Below are positions 17,400 to 26,462 of a stretch of DNA of 64,000 nucleotides, piece after piece. Origin of the DNA: Chromatiales bacterium (lineage in GTDB: Bacteria; Pseudomonadota; Gammaproteobacteria; Steroidobacterales; GCA-2729495). Made by a program: the position numbers and the translations under genes. Each line of letters opens with the position of its first letter. The stretch's first letter is position 1. The notes under the pieces are model-generated. The model did not search any database. It saw nothing but the letters and a program-made list of their open reading frames with translations, and was not told where the DNA came from. Location of the stretch: assembly GCA_016789845.1 (NCBI GenBank), contig JAEUQA010000076.1, positions 1,780-65,779 of the forward strand. Reading direction: 5' to 3'.

Positions 17400-19045
17400 G
17401 TCGCACCCCACTTCGCCAGCGTCGCGCCGTAGAGGCGATCCACTTCCGCCAGCGCGTCCGGCGCGCCCTTCTCGAGCAGTGCCCGGTTGGTGGCCGGGAA
17501 GTCGGGCCGTCCGCCTTCTTCCGGCCACTGGATCGTGGCATCGATCACGATCTTGCTGGTGCGTCCCTGCACCGGCTGGCTCGGGTCGGTGATGATGCCC
17601 GTCACGTCCTTGATGATCTCGGCGGCGGGGGACGGCTGCCAGCGGGAGCCGACGGCGAACAGCACCTGCGTGCGGTCCATCACGTCCACGTCCTTGTCGA
17701 CGACGATCACCACTTTCGCGATCGGGTTCCGCTCCGCCACGACGCGGCCGGCCTTCATGCCCTCGCCCGGCGCCTTCTTGTCGATGCTGAGGATCGCCAC
17801 GCCCATCAGGTCCTGGGGCTGGTAGATCTCGATCAGGCCGGGCACGGCCCGGCGCAGGAAGTGGTCGTACAGCGCGTCCTGGGGCGACGTCACCATGCCC
17901 CGCTGCATGCCCGTGAAGGCGTTCATGATCCAGGGATCCCGGCGATGGGTCACCGCGGTGACGTTGAGGAAGAAGTTGTCCTCCTTGGCGGGGCCCATGT
18001 AGCCGAACATCTCGCCGAAGGGGCCCTCGGGCAGGCCCTTGCCCTGCAGCGGGACCTCGCCCTCGATGATCATCTCGGCGTGCGCCGGCACCAGCAGGTC
18101 GTTCGTCTCCGACTTCACGACCTCCACCGGCTTGCCACGGAAGCCACCCGCCAGCGCGAGCTCGTCGACGGGCTTGTCGCCGAAGCGGTTGGCCACCCGG
18201 GTGCCGCTGATGAACCACACCACCGGGTCCTGGCCCAGGGCGATCGAGACCTTGGCCGTGGCCTCGCCGCGCTTCCTCGCGGCCATCAGCATCTTCCAGC
18301 CGGTCTGGTTCGGCTCCGGATTCAGGCCGAGGAGCCGCGGGCCCTTGAGCTGGCAGCGGTAGGTGCCGAAGTTACCCCCCATCACCGGATCGTTCATGAA
18401 CACCGAGCCCGTGTTGACATAGCGGCCGGCGTCCACGGGATTGGTCTGCACGAAGGCAAACTTCGTCAGGTCGATGTCGTCGCCCCGCAGGACCACCTGC
18501 TTGCAGAGGGCCTTCTCCCGGGCAATCGTCACCGGCGGAATCTGCGGGTAGCTGCCGTTGTTCTTCTTCAGCATCTCCGCCAGGTATGCCTTGGCATTGC
18601 GGTAGCTGGCGGGACCGTTGCCCGGGACCACCGCCTGGCCGAAGACGATGGCGTCGGTGTGCAGGTTGGCCTGGAGCAGGCCCACCAGTGGGCCCTGCAC
18701 CCACTTGCCGCCGATCTTCACCCGGTCGAAGTACAGGGCCGGCACGCCGAAGTAGGTGTAGCGGTCGTTGGCGCGGAACACGAGGCCCGTCGCCTGGTAC
18801 GCGTCCTGGTCCACCTCGGGGATGCGCAGGAGAAGGCCGTGGGCGTCCAGCGCGGCCACGTAGTCCCGCAGGGTGTCGAAGGGCGCCCGGGGTGCGCTGG
18901 CCGGGCTGCGGGCGCCGGCGGTCAGTCCGCCGGCTGCCGTGGCACCACCGGCTGCGCACCCGGCAGTGGCCAGGGTGGCCGAAAGCGCGGCCAGGGTGGA
19001 ACCGGCAGCCAGGATTTCGCGACGGGACAGCAGGGAATCGGACAT
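17396..19045 (-). CDS. UbiD-family (prFMN-dependent) decarboxylase homolog with a twin-arginine signal peptide
   Basis: N-terminus MSDSLLSRREILAAGSTLAALSATLATAGC (Tat motif SRRxIL). The body has UbiD-like blocks, e.g. LPEGPFGEMFGYMGP. 549 aa. Confidence 0.8.
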   Translation of the reverse strand: MSDSLLSRREILAAGSTLAALSATLATAGCAAGGATAAGGLTAGARSPASAPRAPFDTLRDYVAALDAHGLLLRIPEVDQDAYQATGLVFRANDRYTYFGVPALYFDRVKIGGKWVQGPLVGLLQANLHTDAIVFGQAVVPGNGPASYRNAKAYLAEMLKKNNGSYPQIPPVTIAREKALCKQVVLRGDDIDLTKFAFVQTNPVDAGRYVNTGSVFMNDPVMGGNFGTYRCQLKGPRLLGLNPEPNQTGWKMLMAARKRGEATAKVSIALGQDPVVWFISGTRVANRFGDKPVDELALAGGFRGKPVEVVKSETNDLLVPAHAEMIIEGEVPLQGKGLPEGPFGEMFGYMGPAKEDNFFLNVTAVTHRRDPWIMNAFTGMQRGMVTSPQDALYDHFLRRAVPGLIEIYQPQDLMGVAILSIDKKAPGEGMKAGRVVAERNPIAKVVIVVDKDVDVMDRTQVLFAVGSRWQPSPAAEIIKDVTGIITDPSQPVQGRTSKIVIDATIQWPEEGGRPDFPATNRALLEKGAPDALAEVDRLYGATLAKWGAT

Positions 19046-19087
19046 GGGGAACGCTCCAGCGGCGGGGTGCTTGCGATAGTGCGGATA

Positions 19088-19444
19088 CTAGCCGGCGGCC
19101 GCCCGCACGGCGCGACGCGCCCGCCAGCGCAGTGCGAAAATTGCCCCGGTCACCACCACGAGGGCAGCCAGCCAGCCGCCGGTCCGGCGCTCGATGACCT
19201 GGAAGACGACGCCGTGGGCGACGGTCAGGACGAGGGCGGTCGTCGAGATGCCCTGCAGCTGTTTCCAGCGGGCCGGTCCCAGCCGGCGCAGGCTCCAGTT
19301 GTTCGACAGCAGCAGGAGGAGCAGGAACAGGATCCCCACGAGATACCCGCCCAGGATGCTGGAGTTCCCGAGCCAGTCGGGCCAGCCGGGCAACGGCGGC
19401 CCGTCCGGCCCGGTGAGGTACCGGTTGAAGTAGGCGGGCTGCAT
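19088..19444 (-). CDS. Ferric-reductase-like (MsrQ/YedZ-type) heme-b membrane protein; minimal ORF, the true 5' end is probably near 19720
   Basis: The ATG-delimited ORF gives 118 aa with 3 TM helices. The same frame stays open upstream to 19837 and encodes ...LLLLATTGAAAAAWFAG...LLTAWLCVGLLVAALALGP...RRDLGIWAGLTGLAHL (3 more TMs with a conserved His), but contains no ATG/GTG/TTG. Confidence 0.6.
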   Translation of the reverse strand: MQPAYFNRYLTGPDGPPLPGWPDWLGNSSILGGYLVGILFLLLLLLSNNWSLRRLGPARWKQLQGISTTALVLTVAHGVVFQVIERRTGGWLAALVVVTGAIFALRWRARRAVRAAAG

Positions 19445-19715
19445 GACCTCGCCCGTTGCCGCTGCCAGGTGCGCGAGGCCGGTTAACCCTGCCCAGATGC
19501 CGAGGTCCCGGCGCAGCAGGCTGTTCAGCGTCGGCCGCCCCGTGCGCAGCGCCTCCAGGGGGCCCAGCGCCAGTGCCGCGACGAGCAGCCCGACGCACAG
19601 CCAGGCCGTCAGCAGGCTCAGGCGGTCGAGGGCGGTGGCCGGACTGCCGGCGAACCAGGCCGCTGCCGCCGCGCCCGTCGTAGCGAGCAGCAGCAGGGCG
19701 TGGCGCGGCTGCCGC

Positions 19716-20450
19716 CTACTGAAGCGGTTGCCCAGGGTCCTGGCCGGGCATCCGGCCCCGGGTGTGCAGCTGGTCGATGCGTTGCGTGACGACGCTCGCC
19801 CAGCGCCGGGCCACCCGGCGCACCTCGCTCCAGGCCTCTACCGAGGTCACGCGGGATACGTTGGAGTTGCCAATATCCACGGGGTCCGCGGCCCGTCGAT
19901 CCACCGCCCGCGCCAGCATCTCGCCGCTCTGGGAGTCCTGCAACTCCAGCACCAGCGTGGCCTCGCCCACCTCGTCCAGGAAGATCTCGTTGCGGCCCGG
20001 GATCTCCGGTGGCACCTTCGAGACGATATCGACCAGGGATGCCCGGACCAGCAGCACGTCCGGCCCGGGCGCTGTCGTGAGCGTCAGGTGGCGGCTCTTC
20101 GCGAGTTCTTCCCGGAAGACGTCGGTGACCATGTCCACCAGCCGCTTCTGGTCGGCGGCGCTCAGCGGGAATTCCCGGTCCTGGGAGGTGTACCGGGTCG
20201 TGCCCGCGGTCGGGCGGACGGCCCGGAACTGCACTTCGATGGGCAGCAGGAGCATCTGCTCGTAGCTGCTGAGGTTGATGTCCGGCTTGATCCAGGCTTC
20301 CTTCAGGCCCGAGTCCCGCACGGGGACCATGCCGTCCCAGGTGGGGCCGTCGGGCACGATGACGGGATTGGCCGGCGTGCAGGCCACGATGGCGAGCCCG
20401 GCAGCCAGCAGGGTGCCGGTGGTGAGGGGGCGTAGTTTGCTGGCCGTCAT
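19716..20450 (-). CDS. DUF3313-family lipoprotein
   Basis: MTASKLRPLTTGTLLAAGLAIVAC lipobox; start chosen at ATG 20450 (the track ORF begins 54 nt upstream). Confidence 0.7.
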   Translation of the reverse strand: MTASKLRPLTTGTLLAAGLAIVACTPANPVIVPDGPTWDGMVPVRDSGLKEAWIKPDINLSSYEQMLLLPIEVQFRAVRPTAGTTRYTSQDREFPLSAADQKRLVDMVTDVFREELAKSRHLTLTTAPGPDVLLVRASLVDIVSKVPPEIPGRNEIFLDEVGEATLVLELQDSQSGEMLARAVDRRAADPVDIGNSNVSRVTSVEAWSEVRRVARRWASVVTQRIDQLHTRGRMPGQDPGQPLQ

Positions 20451-20527
20451 GCAGTAGTCCCGCCGCCTCTGCGGTTCGGTCCTCATCTTATACTCTTTGG
20501 GCATGCTGGCCTATCGTTCATGTCGCG

Positions 20528-21307
20528 ATGCATGACCCCCTGCGCAGACTGGTTCGAGGAGTCCTGGCGCGCCTGGGTGCCAGGCCCCATTCCCGCTTCT
20601 CGGGCGCGTATCCCGACTGGGAGACGGCGCGCCGGGACTCGGATGGCTGGGACTCGCCCGCCGTCCTGGACAAGGTCAGGGCGGGTGTCCTGGATGTCCT
20701 GCAGGGGAGGAGCGCCTACGAAAGGGACGGCACGTCGTTTGCCGCCTTGCCCAGGGCGGACACCCTGCGACGGCTGCTCTCCCGGCTGGCGACAGCCGAT
20801 TCATGGATCATTGATTTTGGCGGCGGACTGGGCGGAACCTGGATCAACAACCGGGACATCCTGCCCCCGGGGGTGAGGTTCACCGTCATCGAGCAGCCCT
20901 CGTTCTGCGAGGCGGGGCGCAGGATCGCGGCGGACCACGGCCTTCCAGTGCAGTTTTCCACTTCGGTGGAGGCGCTCGGGGAGCAAGGCAAGCCGGACGT
21001 CGTGATCTTCAGCGGGGTGCTGAGCTACGTCGAGGACTGGGAGAGGATCGTCGCTGCCGTCCTCCGGCTGGAGCCGGCGAACATCGTTGTCGACCGGCAG
21101 ATCCTGACGGCGGAGGACGGTTACGTCTGCACCCAGCGCGTTACCGGCTACTACGCCCGGCCGGTTTCCTACCCGCTGCGTGTCTTCAACGAGGAGCGCT
21201 TCGTCGCGGCGTTTGCCGGCTATGGGATCCGGCAACGCTGGGTTTCCGACTTTGATCCCCCGGACCACCTGGGCTTTCACTTCGTGAAGGCCGCCAATGG
21301 ACGCTAG
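20528..21307 (+). CDS. TIGR04325-type class I SAM-dependent methyltransferase
   Basis: FSGAYPDWETARRDSDGWDSPAVL N-terminus and IIDFGGGLGG SAM motif. Confidence 0.65.
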   Translation: MHDPLRRLVRGVLARLGARPHSRFSGAYPDWETARRDSDGWDSPAVLDKVRAGVLDVLQGRSAYERDGTSFAALPRADTLRRLLSRLATADSWIIDFGGGLGGTWINNRDILPPGVRFTVIEQPSFCEAGRRIAADHGLPVQFSTSVEALGEQGKPDVVIFSGVLSYVEDWERIVAAVLRLEPANIVVDRQILTAEDGYVCTQRVTGYYARPVSYPLRVFNEERFVAAFAGYGIRQRWVSDFDPPDHLGFHFVKAANGR

Positions 21308-22596
21308 GACGCAACACACCCCTGGGGCCGCAACCGGCACTCGGGCTTGTCGAACACCACCTGCACCGCGCTGATCGCCCGCTCCAGGAAGCCGCCCTCG
21401 CAGTACGCCAGGTACCACTCCCACATGCGGATGAACTCGTCCGGGTAGCCCAGGCGGCGGACGTCCTGCGCCCGGTGCAGGAAGCGCCCGCGCCAGACCT
21501 GCAGCGTGCGCGCGTAATCGAGGCCGATGTCCTGCAGGCCGGTGAGCTGCAGGTCGGTAACGCGGCTGACGGACGACAGGATGGCGGCGCAGGAGGGCAG
21601 GGCGCCGCCCGGGAAGATGTACTTCTGGATGAAGTCCACCGAGCGCCGCGCCTGCGCGTAGTGCCGGTCGGCGATGGTGATCGACTGCAGGAGCATCCGC
21701 CCTGCGGGCTTCAGTCGCTCGCTGCAGGCCCGGAAATAGGTATCGAGGAAGCGCAGGCCCACGGCCTCGATCATCTCGATGGACACGAGTTTGTCGAAGC
21801 TGCCCTTGAGGTCCCGGTAGTCCTCGCTGAGGATCGTGATGCGGTCGGCGAGGCCGGCCTGGCGTACGCGTTGCGTCGCGAACTCGAACTGGTTCCTGGA
21901 GATCGTGGTGGTGGTGACCCGGCAGCCGAAGTTCCGCGCCGCGTGCAGGGCGAGGCCGCCCCAGCCCGTGCCGATCTCCAGCAGGTGATCCTCCGGCTTC
22001 AGCTCCAGCTTGCGGCAGATCAGGTCCAGCTTGTGGAGCGACGCCTCCTCCAGCGACGCATCGGCGCGCGGGAACACCGCTGACGAGTACATCATGGTCG
22101 GATCGAGGAAGAGCTGGAACAGCTCGTTGCCCAGGTCGTAGTGGGCGTGGATGTTGCGCCGGCTGCCGGCGCGGGTGTTCCGGTGGTACCAGTGGGCCAG
22201 TTTCAGGGCCGCGCCGCCGACCCGGGCCATGCCGGATTCGAGGCGGTTCATGACGTCCCGGTTGATCACCAGCAGGCGCACCACGCCGGGCAGGTCGGAC
22301 ACGGACCACTTGCCCGCCATGTAGGCTTCGGCCGCTCCGATCGTGCCGCCGGTGGCGATGTCCAGGTAGGCCGAGAGGTCGCTGATGCGCACCGACACGT
22401 CGGGCGCAGCCGGGCTGTCCGGCGTGCCGAACACCTGGCTGCCCAGCGCATCGTGGACCTGCAGCCTGCCGTGCCCGAGCGACCGGAGCAGGTCGTGCAC
22501 GCCGCGCCGGGCGAGGCGTACCGCTGCACCGACGGGGCCGGTGCTCGCGCCCGTGTCGTGCACGGCTTCGTCCAGCGTTTCCTCGAGGTCGTTCAT
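21304..22596 (-). CDS. Cyclopropane-fatty-acyl-phospholipid synthase family methyltransferase
   Basis: HYDLGNELFQLFLDPTMMYSSAVF, LLEIGTGWGGLALHAA and the C-terminal WEWYLAYCEGGF are CFA-synthase signatures. Confidence 0.9.
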   Translation of the reverse strand: MNDLEETLDEAVHDTGASTGPVGAAVRLARRGVHDLLRSLGHGRLQVHDALGSQVFGTPDSPAAPDVSVRISDLSAYLDIATGGTIGAAEAYMAGKWSVSDLPGVVRLLVINRDVMNRLESGMARVGGAALKLAHWYHRNTRAGSRRNIHAHYDLGNELFQLFLDPTMMYSSAVFPRADASLEEASLHKLDLICRKLELKPEDHLLEIGTGWGGLALHAARNFGCRVTTTTISRNQFEFATQRVRQAGLADRITILSEDYRDLKGSFDKLVSIEMIEAVGLRFLDTYFRACSERLKPAGRMLLQSITIADRHYAQARRSVDFIQKYIFPGGALPSCAAILSSVSRVTDLQLTGLQDIGLDYARTLQVWRGRFLHRAQDVRRLGYPDEFIRMWEWYLAYCEGGFLERAISAVQVVFDKPECRLRPQGCVAS

Positions 22597-22599
22597 GAA

Positions 22600-23346
22600 T
22601 CAGCCTGCCGGCACATGATCGTACACCGGCGCGCGCTTGCGCCAGAGCTTGAGCGCCTGCCAGTGGATGAGGGCGGCGACCCGCAGCGTGGCAAGCGGGT
22701 CCGTGGCCAGGACCCGCGCCAGCGAGGCTGAACTGATGGCCACCCGCTGGAAACTCAGGTGCGCGTCGAAGCAGCGCCGGCCGTCCCGCCAGTTCTCCAG
22801 CGCCAGGGCGAGGCGCTCCCCGGGCGGCGCCAGCCGGCACCGGTAGTCCATGTCCATCGGCAGGAACGGTGACACGTGGAATGCCTTGGCGAAGTCGAAC
22901 CTGTAGCCGCCGTTGGCGATGGGCGCACCGCGGGTGAGCACGTAAGGGTGCATTTCGCGCCAGGGCATGTTGCTCACCTCGAGGACCACCGCCTCCAGGC
23001 TGCCGTCCCGGGCGTGGCAGTAGTAGGCGGAGAGCGGGTTGAAGCCGTAGCCGAAGTAGCGGAAGTGGGTCAGCAGCCGGATGGCACCCGTGGGCCGAAA
23101 GCCCGCCTCGCGCTCGACGAGCGCGCGGATGCTCTCGTCGAGCGGCTCCGCGGCATTGCCATAGTGATCGGCGCGCCGGAACCAGGCGGGCGCTGGCGAC
23201 CGGGCCGACCACAGCCAGAACCGGTCGAAGAGCTCTGGCAGCTCGGCGAGGTCCACGTACAGCATGAAGATGCCGTAGCGGAAGTCGTGCCGCACCGGCA
23301 GGAAGCGCCGGTGGCTAACGTGTCCCTGATAGATACAGCTCTGCAT
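22600..23346 (-). CDS. DUF1365 family protein
   Basis: MQSCIYQGHVSHRRFLPVRHDFRYGIFMLYVDL is the typical DUF1365 N-terminus; start at ATG 23346. Confidence 0.85.
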   Translation of the reverse strand: MQSCIYQGHVSHRRFLPVRHDFRYGIFMLYVDLAELPELFDRFWLWSARSPAPAWFRRADHYGNAAEPLDESIRALVEREAGFRPTGAIRLLTHFRYFGYGFNPLSAYYCHARDGSLEAVVLEVSNMPWREMHPYVLTRGAPIANGGYRFDFAKAFHVSPFLPMDMDYRCRLAPPGERLALALENWRDGRRCFDAHLSFQRVAISSASLARVLATDPLATLRVAALIHWQALKLWRKRAPVYDHVPAG

Positions 23347-24664
23347 CGGCCGCCTCGGAATCAGCCGGCACCCCGCCCGGAGCCGGGTCTGGCGCCCAGG
23401 CCGGGGACACGGGCGGGAGACCGTGCCGTTCCAGAGCATTGCACAGGGCAAGGGCGCTCTGCACCCCGTCCTCGTGGAAGCCATAGCCCCAGTAGGCGCC
23501 GCAATACCAGGTGCGCCGCGCCCCGTTGATCTCGTCCCGGCGCCCCTGGGCGCGCAGGCAGGCCGCGTCGAAGACCGGGTGGCTGTAGGTCTGCCGGTGC
23601 AGGATCGTCCGCGGGTCCACGCCGTCCTCGCCATTCAGCGTGAGCAGGAACTGGCGCCGCGTGGGCAGGCTTTGCAGCCGCGTGAGGTTGTAGGTGACGG
23701 CCACCCGGCCACTGGTTGCGGAGCTGTCCCGGTGGTAGTTCCAGGCGGCCCAGGCCCGCCGGCGGCGTGGCAGCAGGCGAAGGTCGGTGTGGAGCACGGC
23801 ATCGTTGTCCTGCCAGGTGATGGCGCCCAGCACCTCCCGTTCCGTATCGGTGGGGTCCCTGAGCAGCCCGAGGGCCTGGTCGCTGTGGCAGGCGAGGACC
23901 ACCTGGTCGAAGTCCGCGGCGGGACGCCCCCGCGCCTTCACCACCACGCGGTCCGCGTGCCGCTGCACCCACTCCACCGGGGTGTCGAGGAGGAGCCGGT
24001 CGCGGAGCGGACGGAGCAGGGCGCGGACGTATTCCCGGGAGCCGCCGGTGACGGTGCGCCACTGGGGGCGGCCGTCCACCTGGAGCAGGCCGTGATTGCG
24101 GAAGAAGCGGCCGAAGTGACTGGCGGGGAAGTCGAGGATGCGGGCAGGCTCCGCGGACCAGATTGCCCCCGCCATCGGCAGCAGGTAGTCGTCCACCATG
24201 GGGCCGCGGAAGTCCCGGGCGGCCAGGAAATTGCCCAGGGTGACCGCGGGCTCCGCGGCGACCAGCGCGTCGGCCATCCCGTTGAAGCGCAGGATGTCGC
24301 GGATCATCCGGTGGAAAGATGGCCGCAGCACGTTCCGGCGCTGGGCGAAGATGGCGTCGAAGGTGTTGTCGCCCCGGTACTCGAGCCCGCTGTCGGCGCA
24401 GCGGAAGCTGAAGCTCATGTCGCTGGGCTGGGAGGCGACGCCCAGGTCGCGCAACAGGGCGGTGAAGCGGGGGTAGGTCTTCTCGTTGAAGACGATGAAG
24501 CCCGTGTCTATGGCCAGGCGCTGCCCGTCCATGGCAACTTCCACAGTGTTGCTGTGGCCGCCCGGGTGGCCCTGGGCCTCGAAGAGGGTCAGGTCACAGC
24601 GACCCGCCAGCTGGCGGGCGGCGTAGAGCCCCGAGATTCCCGTGCCAATGATTGCAACCCGCAC
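23315..24664 (-). CDS. NAD/FAD-dependent oxidoreductase (amine-oxidase/phytoene-desaturase fold)
   Basis: GTG 24664 gives VRVAIIGTGISGLYAA (GxGxxG). Overlaps the DUF1365 start by 32 nt. Confidence 0.85.
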   Translation of the reverse strand: MRVAIIGTGISGLYAARQLAGRCDLTLFEAQGHPGGHSNTVEVAMDGQRLAIDTGFIVFNEKTYPRFTALLRDLGVASQPSDMSFSFRCADSGLEYRGDNTFDAIFAQRRNVLRPSFHRMIRDILRFNGMADALVAAEPAVTLGNFLAARDFRGPMVDDYLLPMAGAIWSAEPARILDFPASHFGRFFRNHGLLQVDGRPQWRTVTGGSREYVRALLRPLRDRLLLDTPVEWVQRHADRVVVKARGRPAADFDQVVLACHSDQALGLLRDPTDTEREVLGAITWQDNDAVLHTDLRLLPRRRRAWAAWNYHRDSSATSGRVAVTYNLTRLQSLPTRRQFLLTLNGEDGVDPRTILHRQTYSHPVFDAACLRAQGRRDEINGARRTWYCGAYWGYGFHEDGVQSALALCNALERHGLPPVSPAWAPDPAPGGVPADSEAADAELYLSGTR

Positions 24665-24818
24665 GCCCCACGCCTTCCTGATGTCGGTCCCCGGAACCCA
24701 TATCACTACGACCGCGGCGGCAATTTGGATGCAACGGGAGTCCGATAGCCAGCGCGGCGCGAAACTATATACGCTTTCCCCCTGCCGGCCGGCGGGTGTC
24801 CCGGGCGTGAACTGGAGA

Positions 24819-25430
24819 ATGGTCATGAGTCGATGGGTACAGAAGTTGGCGGTGGCCCTCCTGTCCGTCCTGGTCCTGGCGGGCTGCGGAACCGCGCCGG
24901 CGTCGCTGGGGGAGCTCAACGCGTCCTACGAGCGCGCCCTGGAGCGCACCGCGCCGCTGGCGGTGACGCTCGAGCCGGGCTCCGAGGCCGAGCAGCGTGC
25001 CTTCGACGGTGTCCGGCGCTACTTCGCCGGAATGACCGCCGGGTCCGTCCGGGAGCAGACCGCCAGCGTCTACGCGCCCCAGGCCTACCTCAACGACACG
25101 CTCGTGGGTATCGATGGCGCCGACCGGATCCAGGCCTATTTCAGTCACACGATGGAGCGGACGCGGCTGTTGAACGTGGAGTTCCTGGAGCGGGCGCCCG
25201 TGGGCACCGACTGGTACGTGCGCTGGCGGATGACCGTCGCCGCCGATGGGCTGAACGGCGGCAGGGAAGTCGTCACCTACGGCGTCACCCAGTTCCGCTT
25301 CGATGGCGACGGGCGGGTGCTCATCCACAAGGACTTCTGGGACTCCGGCACCGGCCTCTACGAGCAGCTGCCCGTCATCGGCGGCGCGGTCCGGCGGGTG
25401 CGCTCGGCGGTCGAGAAGGGCGCCGGGTGA
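24819..25430 (+). CDS. NTF2/SnoaL-like lipoprotein
   Basis: MVMSRWVQKLAVALLSVLVLAGC lipobox; SnoaL-like body; ATG 24825 is an alternative start (GGAGA at 24814-24818). Confidence 0.65.
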   Translation: MVMSRWVQKLAVALLSVLVLAGCGTAPASLGELNASYERALERTAPLAVTLEPGSEAEQRAFDGVRRYFAGMTAGSVREQTASVYAPQAYLNDTLVGIDGADRIQAYFSHTMERTRLLNVEFLERAPVGTDWYVRWRMTVAADGLNGGREVVTYGVTQFRFDGDGRVLIHKDFWDSGTGLYEQLPVIGGAVRRVRSAVEKGAG

Positions 25431-26455
25431 GCCTGCTGATAGACCTCTGCGAGCGGGGGCTGATACCCGATCCGCTCACCCGCCTCGGCATGCGCCGGCT
25501 CATGGCGCAGCGCCTGGCCGCGGAATCGGGCGACCGGGGCGAAGGCGAGTTCGGGGAATTCCGCCGGCGCCTGGCCGCCCTGCGCGGGAGCCCGGTGGCC
25601 ATCGAGACCGCCAGGGCCAACGAGCAGCACTACGAGGTGCCGGCGGCCTTCTTCCAGCGCGTGCTCGGCCCGCACCTGAAGTACAGCTGCTGCTGGTACG
25701 GCGACGGGGCCCGGACGCTCGGCGAGGCGGAGGAGGCGATGCTGCGGCTGACCTGTGCGCGGGCGGAGCTCGCCGATGGCCAGCGGGTGCTCGAGCTGGG
25801 CTGCGGCTGGGGCTCGCTCACATTGTGGATGGCGGCGCAGTACCCGCAGAGCCGCATCACGGCGGTCTCCAATTCGGCCTCCCAGCGGGAGTTCATCCTG
25901 GGCCAGGCGCGGGAACGGGGCCTCGGCAACGTGGCGGTCATCACGGCGGATGCAAACGTCTTTGCCACGGCGGAGCGCTTCGACCGCGTGGTCTCTGTCG
26001 AGATGTTCGAGCACATGCGCAACTACGCCATCCTGATGGAGCGGATCGCGGGCTGGCTGGAGCCAGGCGGCAAGCTCTTCGTGCACATCTTCTGCCACCG
26101 TTCACTGATGTACCCCTTCACCGTGGAGGGCGACACGGACTGGATGGCGAAGCATTTCTTCACCGGCGGCCTCATGCCCGCCGAGCACACGCTGCTGCAC
26201 TTCCAGGAGCACCTGACCCTGCAGGACCAGTGGCGGGTGTCCGGCACCCACTACGAACGCACCGCCAACGACTGGCTGGCCAACCAGGACCGGGAGCGGG
26301 AAGCCGTCATGGCCGTGCTCGCCGGGGCCTATGGCCGGGAGCAGGCGGCGCTCTGGTTCCAGCGCTGGCGCATGTTCTTCATGGCCGTGGCCGAGCTCTT
26401 CGGCTACGCCGGCGGCACGGAGTGGCTGGTGGGCCACTACCGGTTCGGCCGATAA
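25427..26455 (+). CDS. CFA-synthase-like class I SAM-dependent methyltransferase
   Basis: GTG start overlaps the upstream stop (GTGA at 25427-25430); HYEVPAAFFQRVLGPHLKYSCCWY, VLELGCGWGSL. Confidence 0.85.
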   Translation: MSLLIDLCERGLIPDPLTRLGMRRLMAQRLAAESGDRGEGEFGEFRRRLAALRGSPVAIETARANEQHYEVPAAFFQRVLGPHLKYSCCWYGDGARTLGEAEEAMLRLTCARAELADGQRVLELGCGWGSLTLWMAAQYPQSRITAVSNSASQREFILGQARERGLGNVAVITADANVFATAERFDRVVSVEMFEHMRNYAILMERIAGWLEPGGKLFVHIFCHRSLMYPFTVEGDTDWMAKHFFTGGLMPAEHTLLHFQEHLTLQDQWRVSGTHYERTANDWLANQDREREAVMAVLAGAYGREQAALWFQRWRMFFMAVAELFGYAGGTEWLVGHYRFGR

Positions 26456-26462
26456 TCGGCCC

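Noticed and set aside
17396-21307. Convergent gene pairs sharing the tetranucleotide CTAG as overlapping stops (17396-17399 and 21304-21307)
   Set aside because: This is a trivial consequence of TAG stops on both strands. No further structure surrounds them.
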